64,000 nucleotides of DNA from Chitinophaga pinensis. Its GTDB lineage: Bacteria > Bacteroidota > Bacteroidia > SXHM01. Below are positions 19,071 to 28,840 of this stretch, in pieces. Made by a program: the position numbers and the translations under genes. The notes beneath the pieces were generated by a model. The model was not told where the DNA came from and searched no databases. It worked only from the letters and a program-made list of their open reading frames with translations. Position 1 is the first letter of the stretch; every line of letters begins with the position of its first letter. The stretch is taken from the NCBI GenBank assembly GCA_945889235.1, contig CAMDBK010000001.1, positions 5,485-69,484 of the forward strand, given 5' to 3'.

Positions 19071-19418
19071 ATGAACACATTAAGAAACAGCGTACGTTTA
19101 ATCGGAAACTTAGGAACAAACCCTGAAGTAAAAGAATTTGAACAAGGCAAAAAAGTTGCACGCATCGCACTTGCCACCAACGAAACATTCACCAACGCAA
19201 AAGGTGAAAAAGTAACAGAAACCTGCTGGCACAATCTAGTTGCCTGGGGAAAAACTGCGGAACTTGCACAGAAGTACCTGACCAAAGGCAGCGAAGTTGC
19301 TATTGAAGGAAAACTTACTTCACGCAACTACACTAACAAAGAAGGTGAGAAAAAATATGTTACTGAAATTGTGGTAAATGAGTTGCTGTTTTTGAGTAAA
19401 GCAGCCGGTAAACAGTAA
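19071..19418 (+). CDS. ssb: Single-stranded DNA-binding protein
   Basis: Short SSB, 115 aa, typical of Bacteroidota: ...NSVRLIGNLGTNPEVKEFEQGKKVARIALATNE...WHNLVAWGKTAE... Confidence 0.85.
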   Translation: MNTLRNSVRLIGNLGTNPEVKEFEQGKKVARIALATNETFTNAKGEKVTETCWHNLVAWGKTAELAQKYLTKGSEVAIEGKLTSRNYTNKEGEKKYVTEIVVNELLFLSKAAGKQ

Positions 19419-19443
19419 TCGGTTATCAGTTATTGGTGAAAAA

Positions 19444-19486
19444 CCGTCCTGAGATCTCGATAGCTATCGAGACGGGGCGGTTTTTT
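19444..19486. terminator. Hairpin containing the 18-bp palindrome TCTCGATAGCTATCGAGA, followed by a T-run, downstream of ssb
   Basis: CCGTC..TCTCGATAGCTATCGAGA..GACGG GGCGG TTTTTT. A variant of the palindromic core found in three other repeat copies. Confidence 0.55.
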
Positions 19487-19554
19487 ATACTATATTTGAG
19501 TTTTGGATAAGATTTGGGTCTTTATCTCCATTCTTATCCCGAACTCAACTCAGG

Positions 19555-20979
19555 TTAATTGGATTTTTCAACTGCATAAATTTCACTCCAGGCATAATTT
19601 TTTTCAAAGCGTAATAACCGCACTATTTTTTTTTGTGCTTTTAACTGTTCTATAAGTTCATCTTTTTCATAACTCAATTGAATATAATACTGCGTTTGTT
19701 CACTTGCAGAGTACTGAACCTTGTCAAATAATTTACCATCGGTAATATATCCCGCATACTTATCGGTAAGGTAGGTGTGCATTAAAAAGCTGCAGTAAAT
19801 ATTTTTTGAATACAGATTTTCTTTCGCGCAAAAGTCTGTCATGTTTTTACTTACCTCAATTGCATCTGTATAGCTTAATGAATGGTCGCTTACATGATTT
19901 CTTTTCAGGCAAAACGTTACCTGAACAACAGCAACAACAATAAAAAAAGAATAGTAAAGAACTTTCCTTTCGCTGAAAACCGCATCGAAAAAGAATACAG
20001 AAACTACTATAAAAGGAACGAGGATGCTCAATAGATAACGCGGAGAATAAAAATTAGCTGAGCTGAAAGCCAGGTACAAGACAATGAAGATTGACAGTAG
20101 TGAAACAACTTTTTTATGAATGCTGTCCCACGATTTTTTTCTGACAAAAAAGAAAATAACAGCACTGATGATTAATAAAGCGCTGATTGCATTTCTTCCC
20201 TGATAAATAAATAAATACGCAGAATAGTTCTTCAGTTTTTCAAGTATAACTAAGCTGTTGAAATTGTCAGCATCTGTATAAAGTGGTAGAAAGAAAAAAC
20301 CAAATTTGATTTTTTGTACTACGAAGAACAACGATGGAATTATCACAGGAGCGATAACCACAACCATTTTTCTGCAAACCATTTTAACCGTCACTTCCTT
20401 TCTGTTCATGTTCAACAATTCAATCACCTGCAAAAGTCCGCAACTCAGTATTGTAACTATACCCGTTTCTTTGGTTAGCAGAAGTAATGTTCCGCAAATT
20501 ATATATCCCGCTGTTTTGTTAGTTAAAAAAAAGTACAGGGTGAACAGGCTTAAAAAAGCAACCAACATTTCAGGTAATAACAAACACGCTTGCGCTATAA
20601 ATACAGGTTGAACTGCAAGTAAAATGCAGGAGATAATTGCAACTTTTTCGCTAAAAAATTTGCGACAGAAAACGTACATTAAAACAATCAGCGCTATAGA
20701 AACCACCAAAGGAAAAATATGACTGCCCGTTATACTGCTTCCAAAAACCTTCATTCCCAAAGCGCTCATAAAATGAAAGAACAGCGGGTGACCTCTTGAG
20801 ATTTCAAACGGTATGGCTCCCGGAAACAGGCTAAGCCCGTTTTCATACATCATATGCACAGCGGTTGAATACGGCCAGGCTTCGTCCCAAAAGTAAGGCA
20901 GTGATAAGTGAGTCCACTTTAGTAGTATCAGCAGAATAATTATTGCTGTTAATAAAATGAACCCGGTATATTTTTTCAT
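19555..20979 (-). CDS. GT-C fold glycosyltransferase (family 39/83, PMT/ArnT-like) polytopic membrane protein
   Basis: First-loop DE motif (LPYFWDEAWPY). ~11 TM helices. 474 aa. Confidence 0.5.
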   Translation of the reverse strand: MKKYTGFILLTAIIILLILLKWTHLSLPYFWDEAWPYSTAVHMMYENGLSLFPGAIPFEISRGHPLFFHFMSALGMKVFGSSITGSHIFPLVVSIALIVLMYVFCRKFFSEKVAIISCILLAVQPVFIAQACLLLPEMLVAFLSLFTLYFFLTNKTAGYIICGTLLLLTKETGIVTILSCGLLQVIELLNMNRKEVTVKMVCRKMVVVIAPVIIPSLFFVVQKIKFGFFFLPLYTDADNFNSLVILEKLKNYSAYLFIYQGRNAISALLIISAVIFFFVRKKSWDSIHKKVVSLLSIFIVLYLAFSSANFYSPRYLLSILVPFIVVSVFFFDAVFSERKVLYYSFFIVVAVVQVTFCLKRNHVSDHSLSYTDAIEVSKNMTDFCAKENLYSKNIYCSFLMHTYLTDKYAGYITDGKLFDKVQYSASEQTQYYIQLSYEKDELIEQLKAQKKIVRLLRFEKNYAWSEIYAVEKSN

Positions 20980-21019
20980 TCAGATTTATGAATGGCAAAC
21001 GTATGCTAAAACAGAGCTA

Positions 21020-21490
21020 TTATTTTGAGCACTCTTCCCGCTTTGCAGCTTCATACCCTTCATCAACTAATAAACCTCTGCTGTTGGAAGCGGCAACCGC
21101 AAGTTCATCACAGCGCTCATTCAACGGATTATCTGCATGGCCTTTTACCCATTTGAATTTTATGTGGTGTTTGGGATATATTAACAGGAAACGTTTCCAC
21201 AGGTCAACATTCTTTTTGTCTTTAAAATTTTTTTTCACCCATCCAAATACCCAGCCCTTGTCCACCGAGTCAACTACATATTTAGAATCGGAATAAATGG
21301 TAACCGCACTGCCGGGAACTTTAATCATCTCCAACGCAACTATAACGCTGAGCAGTTCCATACGGTTATTGGTAGTCAGTCTGTAGCCCTGCGAAACTTC
21401 TTTGCGGTGATGGTCTTTCAAAAGCACAATGCCGTAACCGCCCGGTCCGGGGTTTCCAAGTGCAGAGCCATCGGTGTAGATTGTTATCAT
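21020..21490 (-). CDS. rnhA: Ribonuclease HI
   Basis: MITIYTDGSALGNPGPGGYG...TNNRMELLSVIVALE...IYSDSKYV motifs. Start at the internal ATG. Confidence 0.85.
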   Translation of the reverse strand: MITIYTDGSALGNPGPGGYGIVLLKDHHRKEVSQGYRLTTNNRMELLSVIVALEMIKVPGSAVTIYSDSKYVVDSVDKGWVFGWVKKNFKDKKNVDLWKRFLLIYPKHHIKFKWVKGHADNPLNERCDELAVAASNSRGLLVDEGYEAAKREECSK

Positions 21491-21551
21491 TTTTAAGCCA
21501 AGTAGGCAAACAGGAATTAGCCACAAAGTAAACACCTATTTGCCTATTTGC

Positions 21552-22355
21552 CTAATTGGCTATTTGGCTGTCTTCCTGCTTGCCTAACTCCTGTTTGCCT
21601 ACTTGCCTAAAAAAGACATCCTCCCTCAATATCACTTCTTCCTGCAATTTATAAACTCTTTCTTTCAGTGCGGGAATATCTTTTTCAGTCATGCCTGTGG
21701 TGTCAATCGGTTTAAGAAAACGCACGCTAACAGTTCCGGGTGTAACCAGCCAAGTATCCATAGGCATTAATGTGCGGCAGTGTAGTACAATCATAGGAAG
21801 CAAAGGTGTTTGTGTTTCTATTGCAATGCGGAAAGCTCCGTCATGAAATTCTTTCAGCGGCTTGCCTGTTCGGTTGCGTGTACCTTCAGGCATAATAAGA
21901 ATGGAAGTGCCCTCGCGCAGGGTTTTTATCATAAGGTCTAAACTCTTTTTACGGCTTTCGGGACTACTGCGGTCAACAAACAGACAGGCAACTTTAAACA
22001 GATAACCTATCAAGGGAATTTTTCCGGTCTCCACTTTTGCCAGTGTTTTATAAGCCATTTTTATTGACGAGCCGCAGGCAAATAAATCCAGCGTTGATGA
22101 GTGTGTACCCGAAACAACATAGGCGCGATTGCTGTCAATATTCTCGTACCCGGTAAAATCCTGTTTCATAAAACTAAGCGCAAACCATATATCACTCCAG
22201 AAACGGTAATACCGCATCAGCGGTTTTATATAATTTTTTCCACCGGCAATAATTATGAGCGGAGTAATAAATAAACTGACTGCAACAAACAGAAAAAAAA
22301 TCAGATAACTCCAAACAGAGTAGATGGGTTGAATGATTTTGAAAAGTATTTTCAT
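21552..22355 (-). CDS. 1-acyl-sn-glycerol-3-phosphate (lysophospholipid) acyltransferase
   Basis: H(X4)D motif GTHSSTLD and IMPEGTR motif. N-terminal TM helix. ATG at 22353-22355 preferred over the GTG at 22370. Confidence 0.65.
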   Translation of the reverse strand: MKILFKIIQPIYSVWSYLIFFLFVAVSLFITPLIIIAGGKNYIKPLMRYYRFWSDIWFALSFMKQDFTGYENIDSNRAYVVSGTHSSTLDLFACGSSIKMAYKTLAKVETGKIPLIGYLFKVACLFVDRSSPESRKKSLDLMIKTLREGTSILIMPEGTRNRTGKPLKEFHDGAFRIAIETQTPLLPMIVLHCRTLMPMDTWLVTPGTVSVRFLKPIDTTGMTEKDIPALKERVYKLQEEVILREDVFFRQVGKQELGKQEDSQIAN

Positions 22356-22365
22356 TTTTTTTCTC

Positions 22366-22449
22366 ACCACAGATTGACACAGATTCTCACAGATTGCAAC
22401 AGCCGATTATAAACTATTAATCTGTGTTCAATCTGTGTAAATCTGTGGT
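22366..22449. promoter_or_regulatory. Mirrored array: three 10-bp-phased CACAGATT repeats, a 23-bp spacer, then three AATCTGTG repeats
   Basis: CACAGATT at 22368, 22378 and 22388. AATCTGTG at 22419, 22430 and 22440. Lies between the RDD gene stop and the acyltransferase start. Confidence 0.5.
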
Positions 22450-22455
22450 AAAATT

Positions 22456-23184
22456 TCATCGTGTTAAAACAATGTAATCATTCAGCAATGTTTTCAGAAA
22501 AGCAATTTTATCTTTTGGTATTTCGGTGATGTTTAACACCTCTCTCATTTTCTGCACCAGCATATCCAATGCTTCTTTGTGTGCGGTGTTATTATATTTT
22601 TTTGTGCGTTCAATCACTGCTTTAATCAGCAGCATATCACTCTCGTTCAGGTTGCGCACCTGCGGAAACTGCGGCTCATAATTTTCGCGGGTATTGATGC
22701 GCAGCACATCTGCTATTTCAATATTTAATGAAGAGCGTACTTTAATTACGGTTGTATTTGCCAGCATATCACCCAGCCGTTGTCCGCGCACCGTTGAGTT
22801 CACCAATACAGCAGCAATAGTGCCTGACGAAAACCAGATATCAATCAGCCTGAACGCCCAGCGAATAAGGTAATCACTGATGACAGGTTGCTTGCCATTA
22901 AGCTTGGCTACTTTTATTCCAATTGCTTTTTTTCCGAGCGATTGTCCGTTCATCCATATTTCACTTGCAGGTGAATAAAAAAGATAAATGGGAAGCATCA
23001 CTAAATAAAGAAAATAATTTATGGTTTCAAAGCCGCCAATCCATATCCAGAATAAATAAAGCAGAAGAATTGAAAAATTAAGAATCCAGAAATCAATGAA
23101 GAACGCAAAGAACCTGTCGCGGAACGAAGCAAGTTCATACTCAATGGTTACATTTTGCGTTGTAGTTATTTCTATCGTTCTCAT
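22456..23184 (-). CDS. RDD-family membrane protein
   Basis: TM-rich N-terminal half with conserved R/D residues (FRDRFFAFFIDFWIL...). 242 aa. Confidence 0.5.
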   Translation of the reverse strand: MRTIEITTTQNVTIEYELASFRDRFFAFFIDFWILNFSILLLYLFWIWIGGFETINYFLYLVMLPIYLFYSPASEIWMNGQSLGKKAIGIKVAKLNGKQPVISDYLIRWAFRLIDIWFSSGTIAAVLVNSTVRGQRLGDMLANTTVIKVRSSLNIEIADVLRINTRENYEPQFPQVRNLNESDMLLIKAVIERTKKYNNTAHKEALDMLVQKMREVLNITEIPKDKIAFLKTLLNDYIVLTR

Positions 23185-23236
23185 GCAAGGGATAAAAGTA
23201 AAAAACTATTTTTGTTGCCTCACAAAAAAACACGGA

Positions 23237-23986
23237 ATGAAATATTTTTTACTTCTTGCATCTTGTCTCTTATTTCTTGCTTCTGATTTATCAGCACAAG
23301 TAATCGGTGGTGAATTAGTTAAACTCGAAGAGCTTTTTACAAAAGGCAAATTTGAAGATTGCGCCTACAAAGCTGAAACTTTTACTGAAAACGAAAAATA
23401 CCGTAAAAGCCCTGAGCCGTACCTCTACATCAGTATGTGTTATTACGAATTTCATTTTTCAACGGATACAAAAATAAAAGAGTATTATAAATCTGCGTTG
23501 AAGGATGCATTGAAGTATGCCGTAAAAATGCGCACCTACGACAAGGAAGCAAATTTCTATAAAGACAATAGTGAGTATTTAGATAAGCTCCGCCAGACTT
23601 GTCTTGAAGAAGCAAAGGCGCTGGTTGACAAAAAAGATTACAGCAAAGCATCATCGTATTACTACAAACAATTGGTAAAGCTTGACCCCGATGATGCCGA
23701 ACTGCTTTTTGTAAAAGGCGTTTGCGATGCGCTGATGCGCAACAGCAGTGAAGCTTACAAAAGCATAAACGATGCAATGCCCCTGCTGAATAAAAAAGTA
23801 GAAGCCGGAAATTACAGAGCACCTAAAATGATTGAGCCGGCTTTAGCTGATGCATTTGTAAATTATTCAACCTTACTGAAAGACCAAAGCTATGCCGACT
23901 CAGCAAAAGCAATTATTATGTTCGGAAAAATTCTGCTGCCAATGGATAAAGCAGTTGATGAACAATATAAAAAGTTCGGGAACTAA
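23237..23986 (+). CDS. Secreted all-helical (TPR-like) hypothetical protein
   Basis: Signal peptide MKYFLLLASCLLFLASDLSAQ. Start trimmed from 23096. Confidence 0.4.
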   Translation: MKYFLLLASCLLFLASDLSAQVIGGELVKLEELFTKGKFEDCAYKAETFTENEKYRKSPEPYLYISMCYYEFHFSTDTKIKEYYKSALKDALKYAVKMRTYDKEANFYKDNSEYLDKLRQTCLEEAKALVDKKDYSKASSYYYKQLVKLDPDDAELLFVKGVCDALMRNSSEAYKSINDAMPLLNKKVEAGNYRAPKMIEPALADAFVNYSTLLKDQSYADSAKAIIMFGKILLPMDKAVDEQYKKFGN

Positions 23987-23992
23987 ACGTTG

Positions 23993-24068
23993 CGTCACCC
24001 TGTCCCGATAGCTATCGGGATATTTCAGGGTCTCATTAGAAAGATGCTGAACCAAGTTCAGCATGACG
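23993..24068. repeat. Two-hairpin palindromic element, type A, with the 18-bp core TCCCGATAGCTATCGGGA nested in the loop of hairpin 1
   Basis: CGTCACCCTG[TCCCGATAGCTATCGGGA]TATTTCAGGGTC...GATGCTGAACCAAGTTCAGCATGACG. Lies between convergent stops (7 bp and 8 bp away). Confidence 0.75.
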
Positions 24069-24076
24069 GTTTCTCA

Positions 24077-25165
24077 CTAAACGAATTTTTCTCCTTTCGA
24101 AATCTTCACATCATTGACGATAACTTTTATTTGCTGCTCTTCCGTTTTGCGGCAAACCAACAGTATTCCGTCTGATTCTACTACGATGAAATCTTCCAGT
24201 CCCTGCAATACAACCAGCTTGTCTTTGGGAACATTTACTATGCAGTTCTTAGTATCGTAAACCACTACATTTTTTCCGATGATGGAATTTCCATCTTTAT
24301 TTTTACTGGCGTACTCATAAAGCGAACCCCAGGTTCCAAGGTCGCTCCAGCCAATATCTGCTGACAGAACATAAACGTTTTTTGCTTTTTCCATTACCGC
24401 ATAGTCAATGGAAATATTCTTGCAAACGGTATATGCTTTTTTAATAAATGCTTCTTCCTGTAGCGTTCCGTAAACCATTTTGCCTTCGCCAAAAACCTGG
24501 AATATATCACTGGCATTATCGCGGAAAGCGCTGAGAATACTTTTTGCCGACCAAATAAAAATTCCGGAGTTCCAGAGAAAATCGCCACTGGAAAGAAATT
24601 GTTTTGCCATGTCAAGGTCAGGCTTTTCAGTAAACGTTTTTACTTTTTGTACTTCACCGCTGCCGTTTAAAAATTCTTTTTCATTGAACTGAATGTAACC
24701 GTAACCGGTATCAGGGCGCGAAGGTTTTATTCCCAACGTAATTAGCACATCGTGTTTTGCAGTTTCTGAAAGTGCTTTATTAATTACGGTTGCAAATGCC
24801 TGTGCATTCAGAATAAGATGGTCTGATGGCGCCACCACCATATTGGCATCCGGATTTTTTGCGCTAAGGCGGAACGCTGCATACGCAACGCAGGGCGCTG
24901 TGTTTTTTCTGCTGGGCTCACAAATAATTTGTTCGTTACTCAGAGCAGGCAGTTGTTCCTTTACTAATTCGCGGTAGCTTTCATTGGTTACCACATAAAT
25001 ATTTTCGGGAGGACAAACCGGAAGAAAGCGTTCGTAGGTTTGTTGTATCAGTGTTTTCCCGGTGCCCAACACATCAATAAATTGTTTGGGATGCGGTGAG
25101 CGGCTCATGGGCCAGAACCTTGTTCCTACCCCGCCCGCCATAATTACAACATAATTATTTTTCAT
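24077..25165 (-). CDS. Mannose-1-phosphate guanylyltransferase (GDP-mannose pyrophosphorylase)
   Basis: MKNNYVVIMAGGVGTRFWPMSRSPHPKQF is the nucleotidyltransferase signature. 362 aa. Confidence 0.8.
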   Translation of the reverse strand: MKNNYVVIMAGGVGTRFWPMSRSPHPKQFIDVLGTGKTLIQQTYERFLPVCPPENIYVVTNESYRELVKEQLPALSNEQIICEPSRKNTAPCVAYAAFRLSAKNPDANMVVAPSDHLILNAQAFATVINKALSETAKHDVLITLGIKPSRPDTGYGYIQFNEKEFLNGSGEVQKVKTFTEKPDLDMAKQFLSSGDFLWNSGIFIWSAKSILSAFRDNASDIFQVFGEGKMVYGTLQEEAFIKKAYTVCKNISIDYAVMEKAKNVYVLSADIGWSDLGTWGSLYEYASKNKDGNSIIGKNVVVYDTKNCIVNVPKDKLVVLQGLEDFIVVESDGILLVCRKTEEQQIKVIVNDVKISKGEKFV

Positions 25166-25170
25166 TCTCT

Positions 25171-25248
25171 CGTCACCCTGAACTTGTTTCAGGGTCTTAT
25201 TAATAACATATCAGATTTTAGAGATGCTGAAACAAGTTCAGCATGACG
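25171..25248. repeat. Two-hairpin palindromic element, type A
   Basis: CGTCACCCTGAACTTGTTTCAGGGTC..GATGCTGAAACAAGTTCAGCATGACG. Lies 5 bp upstream of the ATG of the guanylyltransferase gene and 4 bp after the aminotransferase stop. Confidence 0.75.
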
Positions 25249-25252
25249 ATCT

Positions 25253-26548
25253 TTACCCTTTTTTCAATTTTGAAAGCGCACTGCGCAGTTGTGCAATTAC
25301 TTTTTCTATGTCCTCCGTTTTTATTGTACCAATGGAAAGACGATACCAGGATGATTCAGTTGAAGTGCCGAAAGCATAGAATGGTACGATGGCTGTTTTG
25401 GCTTCTTCCAATAAATAGTGCGTAATGTCGTGAGTTGTTTCCAAAACCTTTCCTGTGTCGGTTTTATAACCGTGCAATGAAAACTGAACAGTAAGATACA
25501 TAGCACCCTGCGGAGCAATTGCATCTACCGCAAATCCATCATTTTTCAACGCCTGAAAACCATTGTAGAAACCGGCTAAGCGTTCCGAAACATTTTTATT
25601 TATCCAGGTTAAATACTCATCCACTTCTGTTTCCCGTTCAAGAAAAACCGCTGTTGCAACCTGCTCTGCTTTTGGTGACCACGCACCAACGTGAGAAAGC
25701 AACGCACGCATTTTGTCAATTATTTTTTGCGGACCAAACGCCCATCCTACACGAACCCCTGTAGATGCAAACGCTTTTGAAATACCATCAATGTAAATGG
25801 TATAATTACGCATTTCGGGGCGCAGACTAACAGGGTCGTAATGTTTGTTGCCGGTCATGGTAAGTGCCCAGTAAATCTGGTCGTACATGAGGTAAAGCGG
25901 TTTGCGGCCTTCTTCACGTTTTGCATTTTCTTCCAGAATTAAATCACAGATTTGTTCCAGCCCTTCTTTGCTGAACATGGTTCCGGTAGGGTTAAGCGGA
26001 GAACAAAGTGCAACCACAGTAGCCTTGGATAAATACGGTTTTAAATCATTTGCCGATGGCATGAATTTATTTTCAGCCGTAGTTTCTATTTCTACTTTTC
26101 TGCAGGTAGAAAGGTGTGTGTAATGATTGTTATTCCAGCTTGGAACGGGATAAATTACAGTATCACCCGGATCTAAAAGCGCTGTGAAGGTTGCATAAAT
26201 CAACGGACGCGCACCGGCAGAAATAAGAATTTGATTTTCGTTGTAATCAAGATGTCCTTTGCGGCTGAGGTATCTTGAAACTGCTTTGCGCAATTCAGGA
26301 ATACCATTTGCCTGCGGATAATTGGTGTGATTATTTTCGTAGGCTTTTATTATTTCGGCTTTCAGGCCATCGGGAATAGGAAATATAGTGGAGTTAAAAT
26401 CTCCGATGGTGAGGTTGTAAATTTTTTCACCACTCTTGATTTTCTCATTAACCTCATTAGCGATTTTTATTATTTCGCTGGCAATAAGATTCTCAGCAAC
26501 TTCGGATACGATCAACTCGCGGGTGGTTGTGGCTGCCATAGTATTCAT
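25253..26548 (-). CDS. PLP-dependent aminotransferase, class I/II
   Basis: SKAFASTGVRVGWAFGP (PLP-Lys region). 431 aa. Confidence 0.7.
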   Translation of the reverse strand: MNTMAATTTRELIVSEVAENLIASEIIKIANEVNEKIKSGEKIYNLTIGDFNSTIFPIPDGLKAEIIKAYENNHTNYPQANGIPELRKAVSRYLSRKGHLDYNENQILISAGARPLIYATFTALLDPGDTVIYPVPSWNNNHYTHLSTCRKVEIETTAENKFMPSANDLKPYLSKATVVALCSPLNPTGTMFSKEGLEQICDLILEENAKREEGRKPLYLMYDQIYWALTMTGNKHYDPVSLRPEMRNYTIYIDGISKAFASTGVRVGWAFGPQKIIDKMRALLSHVGAWSPKAEQVATAVFLERETEVDEYLTWINKNVSERLAGFYNGFQALKNDGFAVDAIAPQGAMYLTVQFSLHGYKTDTGKVLETTHDITHYLLEEAKTAIVPFYAFGTSTESSWYRLSIGTIKTEDIEKVIAQLRSALSKLKKG

Positions 26549-26685
26549 CAGAATAGTTTGCTCTGTTTTGCGGCAAAGGTAAAAAAAGGATGTTTGGATG
26601 GGAATAATTTTAAAGGGGCGGGTAAATACTAATTATTGTGAATAAACTATTTACATATTTCTACATTTGTCCAAATCCTTCAACC

Positions 26686-28839
26686 ATGTTTAACAAACTT
26701 CTTTTCTTTTCAGGCTTCGCCATGTTAGCTGCCTGTACCAATCATTCTGATATGAAAGCAAAATCACACGCATGGCCCGATGCCAAAGCTCCCGTAGCGG
26801 AGATAAAACCTTTTCAACGAACCATTCACGATGATACTGTTACCGATAATTATTACTGGATGATTGACTATTTTAAAAAGGGAGCCGACAGTACTAAAGT
26901 AGTGGATTACCTCAAAGCGGAGAATGAATATCTGGATACAATGATGATTGGCACCAAGAAATTCAGGGAAGATTTATACACTGAAATGAAAGCCCGGATT
27001 AAGGAAAAAGATGAGAGCGTTCCCGTTTTCAATAATGGCTATTTCTATTACACCCGCACCGATGACGGGAAAGAGTATTACAAATACTGCCGCAAAAAAG
27101 GTCACCTGAACGCGAAGGAAGAAGTATTGCTGGATGTGGATGAAGCAGCAAAAGGAAAGGCTTACTATGACATTGGCGAATTTTCGATAAGTGAAGACAA
27201 TAAGTTAATGGCTTACGGTGTGGATGAAGTTTCGCGCAGGGAATATGTTATTCATGTGAAGAATTTAGAAACAGGCGAGATTTATAAAGATGCTATTCCG
27301 CGCACCGAAGGTAGTGCTGTTTGGGCAAACGATAATAAAACGTTGTTTTATACTTCTAAAAATCCTGAAACTCTTTTGTCTGAAAAAATAAAACGGCATA
27401 TGCTGGGAACAGATGCCGGCAACGATGTTACTGTTTATGAGGAGATGGATAAAAGCAATTATATCGGGGTATGGAAATCGAAAAATAACAAGTATATCTT
27501 TATTGAATCGCAAGCTACCATGAGTTCGGAATACCGAATGATAGTTGCCGCTAACTCTACCGCTGCATTCAAGGTATTTCAGCCAAGGATGAAGAATGTT
27601 CTCTATTCGGTTACTCCGCTTGCCGATAAGTTTCTTATTAAAACGAACTGGAAGGCAAAGAATTTCAGGCTGATGGAATGTGGGCTCACTAACACCGACA
27701 GCACCAGCTGGAAAGAAGTTATACCTAACCGCGCTGATGTTTTACTGGAAGGTATTGACGAGTTCAAGGATTTTATTGCGCTGAGCGAACGCAAAAACGG
27801 ATTAACACAAATAAGGATTCAAAATCTGAATGATGGAAAAGAAGATGCTCTTGATTTCGGTGAACCAGCCTATGCTGCTTTTCCCGGGCCTAATCCGGAT
27901 TACACAAGCTCAACGCTGCGTTATACGTATACTTCACTGACTACTCCAAGTTCAGTGATTGATTATAATATGGTAACCAAAGAGAAAAAAATAATGAAGC
28001 AGGCAAAAGTTGTAGGCGGTTATACTGCTACAGATTATGTTACCGAAAGAATATATGCTACTGCTAAAGACGGAACTAAAATTCCCATTTCGCTGGTTTA
28101 TAAAAAAGGTTTTGAGAAAATCGGGAATGCTCCTTTGCTGCTTTATGGATACGGTTCGTACGGGAACAGCATTGACGCCTATTTCGGAAGTAGTCGTCTG
28201 AGTTTGCTGAACAGGGGTTTTGTTTTTGCAATTGCGCATATACGTGGCGGACAGGAGATGGGAAGGCAATGGTATGAGGATGGTAAACTGATGAAGAAGA
28301 TGAACACGTTTACTGACTTTATTGACTGCGCAGAGTTTTTAGTGAAAGAAAAATACACAAGCAAAGAACATCTGTATGCCGAAGGCGGAAGTGCCGGTGG
28401 TTTGCTCATGGGTGCTGTTGTTAATCTTGCTCCTGATTTGTGGCATGGGGTGGTTGCCTCTGTTCCTTTTGTTGATGTTGTGAACACGATGTTAGATGAA
28501 AGTATTCCGCTTACCACAAACGAATTTGATGAGTGGGGAAATCCGAAAAATAAAGATGCTTACTTCTACATGAAAAGTTATGCGCCTTACGAAAATGTGG
28601 AAAAGAAAAACTATCCTAATATGTTGGTGACAACCGGACTTCACGATAGTCAGGTGCAATATTTTGAACCTGCAAAATGGGTAGCAAAACTAAGGGCAAC
28701 CAAAACAGATAACAACAAATTATTCCTGCATACCAACATGGCATTCGGGCATGGAGGCGCCTCAGGCAGATTTGATTATCTGAAAGACGTTGCGCTGAAA
28801 TACGCCTTTATTTTATCGCTGGAAGGGGTAGAGAAATAA
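26686..28839 (+). CDS. S9A prolyl oligopeptidase-family peptidase (oligopeptidase B-like), lipoprotein
   Basis: Lipobox AMLAAC. N-terminal beta-propeller region. GGSAGGLLMGAV nucleophile elbow, with Asp/His region downstream. Confidence 0.75.
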   Translation: MFNKLLFFSGFAMLAACTNHSDMKAKSHAWPDAKAPVAEIKPFQRTIHDDTVTDNYYWMIDYFKKGADSTKVVDYLKAENEYLDTMMIGTKKFREDLYTEMKARIKEKDESVPVFNNGYFYYTRTDDGKEYYKYCRKKGHLNAKEEVLLDVDEAAKGKAYYDIGEFSISEDNKLMAYGVDEVSRREYVIHVKNLETGEIYKDAIPRTEGSAVWANDNKTLFYTSKNPETLLSEKIKRHMLGTDAGNDVTVYEEMDKSNYIGVWKSKNNKYIFIESQATMSSEYRMIVAANSTAAFKVFQPRMKNVLYSVTPLADKFLIKTNWKAKNFRLMECGLTNTDSTSWKEVIPNRADVLLEGIDEFKDFIALSERKNGLTQIRIQNLNDGKEDALDFGEPAYAAFPGPNPDYTSSTLRYTYTSLTTPSSVIDYNMVTKEKKIMKQAKVVGGYTATDYVTERIYATAKDGTKIPISLVYKKGFEKIGNAPLLLYGYGSYGNSIDAYFGSSRLSLLNRGFVFAIAHIRGGQEMGRQWYEDGKLMKKMNTFTDFIDCAEFLVKEKYTSKEHLYAEGGSAGGLLMGAVVNLAPDLWHGVVASVPFVDVVNTMLDESIPLTTNEFDEWGNPKNKDAYFYMKSYAPYENVEKKNYPNMLVTTGLHDSQVQYFEPAKWVAKLRATKTDNNKLFLHTNMAFGHGGASGRFDYLKDVALKYAFILSLEGVEK

Positions 28840-28840
28840 T

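Noticed and set aside
23993-24068. Type A elements as MITEs with terminal inverted repeats and target-site duplications
   Set aside because: The outer arms do resemble terminal inverted repeats. However, I found no consistent direct duplications flanking the six copies, so transposition cannot be asserted from this window alone.
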